Shown piece by piece: positions 9,349 through 18,130 of a stretch of DNA of 64,000 nt. Under the pieces are notes generated by a model. It was not told where the DNA came from, did not search any database, and worked only from the letters and a program-made list of their open reading frames with translations. Where the stretch lies: NCBI RefSeq assembly GCF_028368995.1, contig NZ_JAQNDL010000001.1:704001-768000 (forward strand), written 5' to 3'. A program made the translations under genes and the position numbers. Each line of letters starts with the position of its first letter. Position 1 is the first letter of the stretch. The DNA is from Nannocystis bainbridge (GTDB lineage: Bacteria > Myxococcota_A > Polyangia > Nannocystales > Nannocystaceae).

Positions 9349-10209
9349 TTAACCTCGCGCCGCGTCCGCCCGCGGAGCGACCCGGGCGACCGCCCGCTCG
9401 ACCGCCGGCGGATCGATCACCGCCAGGTACAGCAGCACCATCGTCGCCGAGAACGTGTGGACTGGCAGCAGCACGTACAGCGCCGCGTGCAGCAGCACGC
9501 CCAGCGGCAGCAGCACGCGGTGCCAGCGGGGTCGCCACACCCCGATCGCCAGCGCGAACTCCAGGGCGACGATCGACGACGCCGCGATCGCCGAGGCGAT
9601 CGTCATAGCTGTCCCGAGAGGCAGGTCCGATCCGAAATAATAAAAGCCCGCGAGCTGCTCGAGCCGCGCCCCTGACAGGAAGCCTGGCTCGCACTTGTCG
9701 ATCGCGCTCCACAGGTAGATCGCCGACAGCTGCGCCGTCATCAGCCGCAGCCCCAGCAAGGGTCCGCGCTCGTCCGGCGCGGGCGCCCCGAGCCGACTGG
9801 CCCGCGCCAGCGCTCGCCCGCGATCGATCGACAGCGACCGCCCGCACGGCGTCAGCGCGCACAGCACCGTCGCCGACATCAGCAGGAAATGGTGGTGGTG
9901 GATCCACGCCGTGCGCCCGCCCGCGGCCCCGACCCCGAAGTACATCGTCGCCACCACGATCGCCGCCGTCGCCGTGGCCGCCCGCGTCCACAGGCCGACG
10001 AACATCAGGGCCGTCGCTGTGAAGAAGCCCAGCGACAGCGCCACCATGGCCGGCCCGTCGGCGTGGACCAGCACCATGTCCTCGCCCCAGCGGGCCCACA
10101 GCAGCAGCGCGAGGCCGATCCGCACCAGCGCCATCGGTACCGTCGAGCCCTCGGCCGCGGCCCACGCGACCAGGCGGGCCCACGCGGATTCACCGGTCTT
10201 CGTGGCCAC
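9349..10209 (-). CDS. HTTM domain membrane protein (vitamin K-dependent gamma-carboxylase/SdpB-like)
   Basis: MALVRIGLA, FVGLWTR, HHHFL, PCGRSLSID, QLSAIYLWSAIDK...FLSG, multiple TM helices. Confidence 0.8.
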   Translation of the reverse strand: MATKTGESAWARLVAWAAAEGSTVPMALVRIGLALLLWARWGEDMVLVHADGPAMVALSLGFFTATALMFVGLWTRAATATAAIVVATMYFGVGAAGGRTAWIHHHHFLLMSATVLCALTPCGRSLSIDRGRALARASRLGAPAPDERGPLLGLRLMTAQLSAIYLWSAIDKCEPGFLSGARLEQLAGFYYFGSDLPLGTAMTIASAIAASSIVALEFALAIGVWRPRWHRVLLPLGVLLHAALYVLLPVHTFSATMVLLYLAVIDPPAVERAVARVAPRADAARG

Positions 10210-10654
10210 GCGGCCGCGTCCCCGGGATCTGCGGCCGCGGCGGCAGCGGCCGGCACAGGTCGTGTTCGCCGGCGTGCAGCAGCACCCAGCCGCGCATCGT
10301 GGCGATGCGGGCCCGCGCGCGCAGGTCGACCGACCCCAGGCGCGCGCACAGCTCGCCTGCCACGCGCATGAGCCCCGCCTCGCCCGTCATCGTCCGCAAC
10401 CACCGCGGCGCCGTCGCTCGCTCGCGGCCGAGCGCCGCGTAGCGATCGATCGGCGCCTCGCGCCCTTGCCCGTCGCGGACGCTGAACTCCGCGACCACCA
10501 GCCCGACACCGACCTCGTTGAACAGCTCCCAGTCGCGCACGAACCGGCTGCGCCCGCCGAACAGCTGGCGATACGCCGGGATCAGCAACAGCCCCGCCGC
10601 GACCGCGACGAACACGATCGCCCGCGCCCGCCTCGCCGTCGTCGTGGTCGCCAC
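10190..10654 (-). CDS. hypothetical partner of the HTTM protein (N-terminal TM, WxLF motif)
   Basis: GTG start, ATTTTARRARAIVFVAVAAGLLLIP...RDWELF...; overlaps the HTTM start by 20 nt. Confidence 0.65.
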   Translation of the reverse strand: MATTTTARRARAIVFVAVAAGLLLIPAYRQLFGGRSRFVRDWELFNEVGVGLVVAEFSVRDGQGREAPIDRYAALGRERATAPRWLRTMTGEAGLMRVAGELCARLGSVDLRARARIATMRGWVLLHAGEHDLCRPLPPRPQIPGTRPRGHEDR

Positions 10655-10847
10655 ACCACGACCGTAACAGATCCTCCGACCTCGCCGCGCGCTGACGGGC
10701 CTCGCACCGGCCCCATCCGCGAGCGACCGCCGCGGCTTGCAATCGCGCCTGTGCTGCGCCGCCCTCCTCGGCCCTCGCGTTGACGGCTCGCCGGACTGCT
10801 GGCCATCTCCCTCGGAGGGGCACGTGCTCGCCCCGGTCGAGACCTCT

Positions 10848-11702
10848 ATGCCGACACGTCGCTCGCCGCTCCTCGTCCCGCTGGTCCTCTTCGCCTGCAC
10901 CGATCGCCCGCTCGGCGAGACCGAAGCCAGCACCGCCGGGCCGAACACCAGCGAATCGCCGCCTGCCACCGGCACCACCGACGACCCGCCGGGCACCGCG
11001 ACCACGCCGACCTCCACCACGACGTCGCCGCTGCCGACCACCGCGACCACCGACGCGACCACGGCCACCACGATCGATCCCGGCGCCACCACGACCGTCG
11101 ATCCGAGCGCCACCACGGCCGTCGATCCCAGCACTGGCACCACCGTCGATCCCGGCGGCACGACCGTCGATCCCGGCGGCACCACCGACGATCCGCAGCC
11201 GAAGCTCGACCTCTTCGAACCGGAGCCGACCTCCGGCCTGTTCGGTTGCACCCTCGACGCTCCCGCCGGCACCATGGTCAGCGGCAGCTCGACGCTCGGC
11301 CCATTCGCCGCCCAGCGCGCCTATTTCGGCTTCGACACCCTCGGGGAGGAGCCGTACTCGCCGCGGCTCCTGTTCGTCTCGCCCGCCGCCGATCCGGCCG
11401 TCGAGGTACAGCAGCTCAATGGCAGCACCGGCCCGATCCTCCACGGCTTCGCGTGGAGCGATCCGTTCGAAAAAGGCGGCTGGATCGGCCAGTGGCCGCT
11501 CTCGGCCTACGTCTTCGCGGAGGGCATGGTGGGTGACATCGCCCGGCCCGAGACCGTAGTCATCGACGCGCGGCTCGGCAACTGGGACGCGCACGATCCC
11601 GCCGATCCGCCCCGGCTCGTCGGCAGCCTGCAGGGCGGGGTCTCCGGCCCCTTCGACGCCGTGTTCTGCGACAAGCTGGTGGCGATCATCATCCCCGAGT
11701 GA
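10848..11702 (+). CDS. Thr-rich lipoprotein
   Basis: MPTRRSPLLVPLVLFAC lipobox, TTVDP repeats, globular C-terminal domain. Confidence 0.75.
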   Translation: MPTRRSPLLVPLVLFACTDRPLGETEASTAGPNTSESPPATGTTDDPPGTATTPTSTTTSPLPTTATTDATTATTIDPGATTTVDPSATTAVDPSTGTTVDPGGTTVDPGGTTDDPQPKLDLFEPEPTSGLFGCTLDAPAGTMVSGSSTLGPFAAQRAYFGFDTLGEEPYSPRLLFVSPAADPAVEVQQLNGSTGPILHGFAWSDPFEKGGWIGQWPLSAYVFAEGMVGDIARPETVVIDARLGNWDAHDPADPPRLVGSLQGGVSGPFDAVFCDKLVAIIIPE

Positions 11703-11722
11703 GCCGCCCGCGAGCTTCGGCG

Positions 11723-11746
11723 CGACATGGTCTTCGGGACATGTCA
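11723..11746. repeat. 14-bp-phased CATG palindrome array (2 units)
   Basis: CATG at 11726 and 11740, between convergent stop codons. Confidence 0.6.
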
Positions 11747-12448
11747 GTCGAGGTCCCAGTCCCAGGAGAAGCTGGCCAGCCACTCGAGGAACCCGTCGGA
11801 CTCTCGCCGCGGATCGCTCTCGGCCGAGCAGTGAAAGATCCGCCCGGCGCCGGCCGGCGACAGATCGATGCAGCTTACGGAGTCCTCGATGCCGCCGAGC
11901 ACGAACCACTGCGCATCGAGCAGATCGGCGAGGTACCGCTGCTGCTCGCGGATGAACGCGAGCGGCCACAGGTACGGGAAATCGTCGCCTGCGCTGCCGT
12001 CGTGGCGCCGGTACCAGGCCCGCACGTCCTCGGGCAGCGTCACGCCGAGCGCCTTCTCGGTGCGCGCGATCTCCCGCGCCGAGGCGCCGTCCCGCAGCTC
12101 GACCCCGACCTCCTCGGCGCGCGCCTCGACCTCGACGAACACCTCCTCGGCCGTGCGCGGCGCGACCGGCTGCTTCGCGGCCTTCTTGCTCGCCGACTTT
12201 GCCGTCTTGCCCGCGGCCGACTTCGCCGTCTTCTTGCTCACCGACTTCGCGGTCTTCTTGCTCGCCGACTTCGCGGCCTTCTTGCTCGCCGACTTCGCCG
12301 GCTTCTTCGCCGTCTTGCCCGCGGCCGCTTTCACCGGCTTCTTCGTCCCCGGCTTCGCGGCCGTCGTGCTCGCCGACTTCGCAGTCTTCTTGCTCGCTGA
12401 CGGCGCCGAACGGGTGATCTTCCTGGCAGCGGGCTTGGTGGTCGTCAC
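11744..12448 (-). CDS. SMI1/KNR4 (SUKH) domain protein with histone-H1-like Lys/Ala N-terminus
   Basis: KKTAKSAS repeats, then GASAREIARTEKALGVTLPEDVRAWYRRHDG...CIDLSPAGAGRIF. Confidence 0.8.
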   Translation of the reverse strand: MTTTKPAARKITRSAPSASKKTAKSASTTAAKPGTKKPVKAAAGKTAKKPAKSASKKAAKSASKKTAKSVSKKTAKSAAGKTAKSASKKAAKQPVAPRTAEEVFVEVEARAEEVGVELRDGASAREIARTEKALGVTLPEDVRAWYRRHDGSAGDDFPYLWPLAFIREQQRYLADLLDAQWFVLGGIEDSVSCIDLSPAGAGRIFHCSAESDPRRESDGFLEWLASFSWDWDLD

Positions 12449-12556
12449 GCTCTGACAGCGTCCCATCTCCTCGCGCGGGTTTCAATCCGGCCGCGCGCCG
12501 AGACGCGAAGCATCACCACCCGCGGCGCTGCCCCGGCGCGTCGGCGCGTCCGCGCT

Positions 12557-13060
12557 TCAGAACCGCAGCCGCAGCCCGCCCGGCCCGAGCCCGAGCTGCG
12601 GCGCTCGTTCGGGCATTCGTTGATACAGCAAACGGTCGGTGAAGATCGCCGCCGGCACCAACCCTGCCAATGCCACTGCTGCGAAGATCGGCGCCGTGAT
12701 CTCGGCCCAGCGGCGATCGGGGCAGTCGCGCACGTAGCTGCCCGTGTGCGTGTCGCCGCAGGTGCCGAGGAACGCCAGCGGAACGGCCGTGCCGATCAGC
12801 CCCACGATCGCCACCGTCCACGACACGGCGGCCTGGATCTTCACCTTGCGCCGCTGCGCCTGCCACTGCTTCTCCGGGATCACCGGCGGCAGCAGGTCGG
12901 GCGGCGTGATCGCCACCATCGGCGTCGGCACTGTCCGCGGCGTCGGCTCGCCCTCATGATCCGGGCGCACCATCTCGCGGTCCTCCGGCGGAGCGCCGCG
13001 CGCCGCCACCGGCGCCATGAGAGCGACGCCGATCGCCAGCGCCCACCTGCTCGCCCGCAT
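12557..13060 (-). CDS. secreted/membrane hypothetical protein
   Basis: MRASRWALAIGVAL signal-like start, two TM segments, C-terminal GPGGLRLRF. Confidence 0.7.
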   Translation of the reverse strand: MRASRWALAIGVALMAPVAARGAPPEDREMVRPDHEGEPTPRTVPTPMVAITPPDLLPPVIPEKQWQAQRRKVKIQAAVSWTVAIVGLIGTAVPLAFLGTCGDTHTGSYVRDCPDRRWAEITAPIFAAVALAGLVPAAIFTDRLLYQRMPERAPQLGLGPGGLRLRF

Positions 13061-14274
13061 CACGACTCCGGCCGCAGCTCGACCTTCAGCCACCCTGGCT
13101 GGCGCAGGTCGAACGCCTTGTAGGCCGCGATGACGTCGGTCAGCGGCTCGACGCGGGTGATGAATTGCAGCGGGTCGACGGTGCCGCGCTGGACCAGGTC
13201 GAGCAGCTTCGGGATGTATTTGCGGTGGTGGCAATTGCCCATCTTCACCGTCAGGTTCTTGTTCATCGCCTGGCCGATCGGGAAGAACTTCGCCGTCGGC
13301 GGATACACCCCGACGATCGACAGCGTGCCCGCCTTGGCCAGCGCCTCGACCGCCCACTCGAGCGCCTGCGACGGCGCGTCACCGGGGTGCCAGTGCTCGC
13401 CGTCGGGCCTGGCGTGCGGCGCCACGGCCTCGAGCTCGCGCGCGTGCTGGTCGTACTTGCGCTCGGCCTCGGCGCGGGCGGCCCCGCGGTGCGCGTGGCA
13501 GGCGTCGACGCCCACGGCATCGATCGCCCGGTCGGGCCCGATCCCGCCGGTCAGCGCGCGCAGCGTCTGGACCGGGTGATCGACCTCGAAGTTGATGATC
13601 TCGGCCCCCTGGGCCTGCGCCATGGCCAGGCGCGTCGGCTCGTTGTCGACCGCGAAGACCCGCCCCGCGCCCATCAGCTTGGCGCTCAGGATCGCAAACT
13701 GCCCGACCGGCCCGCAGCCGAACACCACCACCGTATCGCCGTCCTTGATCTCCGCATATTCGGCGCCCATGTAGCCGGTCGGGAAGATGTCCGAGAGCAG
13801 CAGCGCCTGGTCGTCGCTGACCTCGTCGGGCAGCTTGACCAGGTTGACCGCCGCGTACGGGATGCGCGCCTTCTCGGCCTGCAGCCCGTGGAACGGCCCC
13901 GTCTCGGTCGGACCGCCGTAGAACGCGGTGCCCGCCTGCGACCCCTTGGGGTTGGCGCGGTCGCACTGCGCGAAGTAACCGGCGCGGCAGTACGAGCAAT
14001 GACCGCAGGCGATCGTCGAAGGGATCACCACGCGATCGCCGACGCGGAAGTTGCGGACCTCCTTGCCCACCGCCTCGATCACGCCGACCCCCTCGTGGCC
14101 GAGGATCGTGCCCGGCTGCATGCCCGGCATGCTGCCGCGGATCATGTGGAGGTCGGTCCCGCAGATCGCGCTGGCGGTCAGCCGCACGATCGCGTCGGTT
14201 GGTTCGCGCAGCTTCGGTTCGGCGACATCCTCGAGGCGGATGTCCCCCACATCACGAAATACGACGGCTCGCAT
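13060..14274 (-). CDS. zinc-dependent alcohol/formaldehyde dehydrogenase family
   Basis: ICGTDLH, GHEGVG, CGHCSYC...C, LSDIFPTGY, GCGPVG. Confidence 0.93.
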   Translation of the reverse strand: MRAVVFRDVGDIRLEDVAEPKLREPTDAIVRLTASAICGTDLHMIRGSMPGMQPGTILGHEGVGVIEAVGKEVRNFRVGDRVVIPSTIACGHCSYCRAGYFAQCDRANPKGSQAGTAFYGGPTETGPFHGLQAEKARIPYAAVNLVKLPDEVSDDQALLLSDIFPTGYMGAEYAEIKDGDTVVVFGCGPVGQFAILSAKLMGAGRVFAVDNEPTRLAMAQAQGAEIINFEVDHPVQTLRALTGGIGPDRAIDAVGVDACHAHRGAARAEAERKYDQHARELEAVAPHARPDGEHWHPGDAPSQALEWAVEALAKAGTLSIVGVYPPTAKFFPIGQAMNKNLTVKMGNCHHRKYIPKLLDLVQRGTVDPLQFITRVEPLTDVIAAYKAFDLRQPGWLKVELRPES

Positions 14275-14537
14275 CGCTGCGCTTATGCGACGTTTCGCCC
14301 GCGGGTCAACCGACCGGCCGCGGGCCTCGACGTTGCACGAGGTTGCGCGAGCCACCTTGTCGAGACCGCTGCCGGCGAATGCTTCGACCGGGCGGTGGCG
14401 GCGCGAGCGTGGGCTTGCGCCCGCCTCGGCAGCGCCAGCCCCGTGATTCGCAGTTCCCCACCGAGCGCGTGGCCCGCGACGCCAGCCGCCGCCATGGTGC
14501 CCTCGTGGAGGAGCGCGGCGGGGTGGCTGCGAGCGCG

Positions 14538-16712
14538 ATGACCAAGCCCGCGGACGACGAAGAGGACCGCTTCCAGATCCTCGCCACCGCCTCGCTCACC
14601 CTGAGCGGCGCCCGCGTGCTCAAGCAGGGCGACACCTTCGCCGTGTTCGACCGCTTCGGCGACATCCGCCCGTCCGGTGCCTTCGGCGCCCAGGGCCTCT
14701 ACCACGACGGCGCCCGCTTCCTCTCGGCCCTGCGCCTGCGCCTCGGCGGCCAGCCGCTCCCGCTGCTCAGCTCGACCGTCGGCGCCGACAACATGGTGTT
14801 CGTCGTCGACATGATGAACCCCGAACTCCCGCCCGGCGGCGACGTCGTCGTCCATCACGGCACCCTGCACGTCGCGCGCGAGAAGTTCCTGTGGCAGGCC
14901 GCCTGCCACGAGCGGATCCACGTCACCAACTACGGCCCCGACGCGGTCGAGCTCGAGCTCGAGCTCGCCTTCGCCGCCGACTTCGCCGACGTGTTCGAGG
15001 TCCGCGGCACCCGCCGCGACCGTCGCGGGGCCATGCATGCACCTGTCCTCGGGGACAGCTCCGTCGAGCTCGCCTACACCGGCCTCGACGGCCTCGTGCG
15101 GCGCACCCGACTCGGCTTCGACCCCGCGCCCGCGGTCTGCGCCCCCGACCGCGCGCTGTACCGGCTTCACCTCCCCGCCCGGGTCACCCAGGAGCTCCAC
15201 GTCACCGTCGCCTGCGAGCTCGGCGACGACGAGCCCGCCGCCTGCCCGCGCTTCGCCGTCGCCCACGCCCGCGCGGCCGAGCGCCTGCACGAGCTCGCCG
15301 CCCGCGACTGCACCATCGAGAGCTCGAGCGAGCAGTTCGACGACTGGATCCGCCGCTCGCTCGCCGATCTGCGGATGATGATCACGCGCACGCCCGCCGG
15401 CCTGGTCCCGCACGCCGGCGTGCCGTGGTTCTGCGCCCCGTTCGGGCGCGACGCGATCGTCACCGCCCTCGCGGCGATGTGGGTCAGCCCCGACCTCGCG
15501 CGCGGCGTCCTGCGCTTCCTCGCCGCCACCCAGGCCGATCGTGCGGACCCGGCCACCGACGCCGAGCCCGGCAAGATCGTCCACGAGATCCGCGGCGGCG
15601 AAATGGCCACGCTCGGCGAGATCCCGTTCCGCCGCTACTACGGCAGCGTCGACGCCACCCCGCTGTTCGTCGTGCTCGCCGCCGCCTACCACGAGCACAC
15701 CGGCGACGGCGCGACGATCGCCGAGCTGTGGCCGCAGGTCGAGCGCGCCCTGCTGTGGATCGAGCGCCACGGCGACTGCGACGGCGACGGCTTCGTCGAG
15801 TACGGCCGCCGCGCCGAGCACGGCCTGGTCCATCACGGCTGGAAGGACTCGCACGACGCCGTGTTCCACGCCGACGGCAGCCCGGCCGAGGGCCCGATCG
15901 CGCTGTGCGAGGTCCAGGGCTACGTGTACGCCGCGTACCAGGGCGGGGCGCGGCTGGCCGAGCTGCTCGGCGACGAGGCCCGGGCCCGGGTCTTGCGGGC
16001 CCGCGCCGAGCGCCTGCGGGCCCGCTTCGACGCCGCGTTCTGGTGCGAGGAGCTCGAGGGCTACGCGCTCGCGCTCGACGGCGGCAAGCGGCCGTGTCGC
16101 GTGCGCACCTCGAACGCCGGCCAGTGTCTGTTCAGCGGCATCGCCCTGCCCGAGCGCGCGCCTCGCCTCGCCGACCGCCTGCTCGCCGACGACATGTTCT
16201 CCGGCTGGGGCATCCGCACCGTCAGCGCGTGCGAGCGGCGCTACAACCCGATGTCGTACCACAACGGCTCGATCTGGCCCCACGACAACGCGCTTATCGC
16301 CCTCGGCCTGGCGCGCTACAACCTCAAGGACCACGTCCTGCGCGTCCTGCAGGCCATGTTCGAGGCCTCGGGCGCCGCCGAACTCAGCCGCCTGCCCGAG
16401 CTGTTCTGCGGCTTCCCCCGCCGCGACGGCGCCGGCCCGACGATGTACCCCGTCGCCTGCTCGCCGCAGGCGTGGGCCGCCACCGCCCCGCTGCTGCTGC
16501 TGCAGGCCGCCCTCGGCATGCAGGTCGAGGGCGCCGAGGGCCGCGTCCTCTTCCTCCGCTCCGCCCTGCCCCCCGCCCTCGAGCGCGTCTCGATCCGCAA
16601 CCTCCGCGTCGGCGCCGGCACCATCGACCTCGCCCTCCATCGCCACCCCGAAGACGTCGGCATCCACATCCTCGGCCGCCGCGGCCCCGTCGAGATCGTC
16701 GCCGTCAAGTGA
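14538..16712 (+). CDS. amylo-alpha-1,6-glucosidase (glycogen debranching enzyme family)
   Basis: LKQGDTFAVFD, ADFADVFEVRG, AGVPWF..FGRD, EPGKIVHE, YYGSVDATPLF, GWKDS, YHNGSIWPHDN, ACSPQAWA. Confidence 0.92.
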   Translation: MTKPADDEEDRFQILATASLTLSGARVLKQGDTFAVFDRFGDIRPSGAFGAQGLYHDGARFLSALRLRLGGQPLPLLSSTVGADNMVFVVDMMNPELPPGGDVVVHHGTLHVAREKFLWQAACHERIHVTNYGPDAVELELELAFAADFADVFEVRGTRRDRRGAMHAPVLGDSSVELAYTGLDGLVRRTRLGFDPAPAVCAPDRALYRLHLPARVTQELHVTVACELGDDEPAACPRFAVAHARAAERLHELAARDCTIESSSEQFDDWIRRSLADLRMMITRTPAGLVPHAGVPWFCAPFGRDAIVTALAAMWVSPDLARGVLRFLAATQADRADPATDAEPGKIVHEIRGGEMATLGEIPFRRYYGSVDATPLFVVLAAAYHEHTGDGATIAELWPQVERALLWIERHGDCDGDGFVEYGRRAEHGLVHHGWKDSHDAVFHADGSPAEGPIALCEVQGYVYAAYQGGARLAELLGDEARARVLRARAERLRARFDAAFWCEELEGYALALDGGKRPCRVRTSNAGQCLFSGIALPERAPRLADRLLADDMFSGWGIRTVSACERRYNPMSYHNGSIWPHDNALIALGLARYNLKDHVLRVLQAMFEASGAAELSRLPELFCGFPRRDGAGPTMYPVACSPQAWAATAPLLLLQAALGMQVEGAEGRVLFLRSALPPALERVSIRNLRVGAGTIDLALHRHPEDVGIHILGRRGPVEIVAVK

Positions 16713-16728
16713 GGCGCGCTGACGAAGA

Positions 16729-16780
16729 GGACATGTCCATCTCGACATGTCCTCTCGAACATGCCGCAGAGGACATGTCC
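16729..16780. repeat. 14-bp-phased CATG palindrome array (4 units)
   Basis: CATG at 16732, 16746, 16760, 16774 (two perfect GGACATGTCC), between convergent genes. Confidence 0.9.
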
Positions 16781-16798
16781 TCTGCGACACCCGCGCGA

Positions 16799-17230
16799 CT
16801 ACGACTGGCGCAGCGACGCCTTGAGCGTGATCGTGCGGACCCCGGCGAGCGCCTTGGACACCGGGCAGGCCTTCTTGGTCGCCTCGGCGATCTCCGCGAA
16901 CTTGCCCTCGTCGAGGCCCGGCACGTCGGCCTCGGTGGTCAGCTCGATGGTGGTGATCGAGAAGCCCTCGCCGTCCTTCTCGAGCTTCACCGCCGCCGAG
17001 GTGTGGATCGACCGCGGCGGCGTCCCGGCCTTCTCGAGGCCGAGCGACAGCGCCATCGAGAAGCAGCCCGCCAGCGCCGCGCCCACCACCTCTTCGGGGT
17101 TGCTGGCCGGCTGGCCCTCGAACCGCGAGGCGAACGAGAACGGGATCTCGGGCGCGTGCTCGGGCTTCATCGTGCCCTTGCCGGTCTTGATCGAACCTTC
17201 CCACTGAGCGCTGGCTTTGCTGATTCCCAT
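16799..17230 (-). CDS. osmC: OsmC family peroxiredoxin
   Basis: ASAQWEGSIKTGKG, FSFASRFEG, NPEE...AGCFSMALS, CPVSKAL. Confidence 0.92.
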   Translation of the reverse strand: MGISKASAQWEGSIKTGKGTMKPEHAPEIPFSFASRFEGQPASNPEEVVGAALAGCFSMALSLGLEKAGTPPRSIHTSAAVKLEKDGEGFSITTIELTTEADVPGLDEGKFAEIAEATKKACPVSKALAGVRTITLKASLRQS

Positions 17231-17657
17231 CGATGATTCTCCGGCGCGCAACGTAGCACGTCCCCCGCGCGCGGCGGCGGGCCCCGCGACCGCCGGGCCC
17301 CGCCGCAGCGGGCTCGGCCGGCAGGCTCGGCCGGCAGGCTCGGCCGGCGAACCACGGGCGAGCAGCGTTTGTCGTCCTCGCTGCCCGCGGGCGATCACCC
17401 CGCGACCGCCGCGAGCCCGACCCACTCACGCCCCGCGCAGAAGCCGTGCCCACCCGCTGCGCGAGCGCCCGACCCCGGCACCCGCCATCGAAGCGCCGGC
17501 CGCTCGATCCCGACGCGCCCTCGCGGCGCTGGCACATTCGCGGTCGCCAGCCCCGCCCGATCGCCGCGATGCGTCGCTCACCCGCCCGCGAGCCCGTCCC
17601 GATCGATCACAGCCGCGAGCGCGTCATGCGAACGACCACGCGGATCATGGAAGGCCC

Positions 17658-18059
17658 ATGCAGCATTGCATCCTCACCGCGGCCCTCTGCCTCTCGCTCG
17701 CTGCGACCGCGGAGCCGCCCGCCAGCCCGGTCGCGGAGCCCCGGACGCCAGCAGCCGCGCAGGCACCCGCGCTCGCGGCAGAGACCGACCCTGGCCCCCG
17801 GATCGCCGAACTGCCGCGCGCCGCCGGGCCGACGACCGCTCCGGGCCCGACGCTCCCGCTCGCAGCGACCGGCAGGAACCCCGCGTGCAGCGTGACCCGG
17901 TGGGGCCTCAAGGCCCTGACCTACGCCGCCAACATCACCTGCTGCCTCGGCGGCCTGGTCGCCTGCGTGGTCTGCTCGGTCGGGCTCGACCCCGTCAAGG
18001 ACGGCATCAAGGCGATCGACTGCAGCAAGGAGTGCCGGCCCGACTGTCCGCTCGCCTAG
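17658..18059 (+). CDS. secreted small protein with Cys-rich C-terminal domain (bacteriocin-like, unproven)
   Basis: Signal peptide MQHCILTAALCLSLAA, Pro/Ala linker, C-terminal 60 aa with 8 Cys. Confidence 0.65.
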   Translation: MQHCILTAALCLSLAATAEPPASPVAEPRTPAAAQAPALAAETDPGPRIAELPRAAGPTTAPGPTLPLAATGRNPACSVTRWGLKALTYAANITCCLGGLVACVVCSVGLDPVKDGIKAIDCSKECRPDCPLA

Positions 18060-18062
18060 TCG

Positions 18063-18128
18063 TCGCCTGTCCTCTCGCGCATGCCCCGACGGGCATGCCC
18101 CATGCGACATGCCCCTTCAGACATGTCC
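18063..18128. repeat. 14-bp-phased CATG palindrome array (4 units + 1 degenerate)
   Basis: CCTG at 18066; CATG at 18080, 18094, 18108, 18122; fills the gap between convergent stops. Confidence 0.88.
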
Positions 18129-18130
18129 CA

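Noticed and set aside
16729-16780. Eukaryotic p53 response elements (RRRCWWGYYY)
   Set aside because: The consensus coincides, but the context is clearly bacterial and no p53-like gene is seen; treated as coincidence.
17311-17348. 13-bp tandem repeat GGCTCGGCCGGCA x3 upstream of osmC
   Set aside because: Simple slippage repeat with no evidence of function, unrelated to the CATG arrays.
14283-17537. Long antisense or alternate-frame ORFs (e.g. 14283-17537, 22823-25990, 45520-48324, 17369-19897)
   Set aside because: Arg/Ala/Pro-rich shadows of real genes, expected at this GC content, with no motifs.
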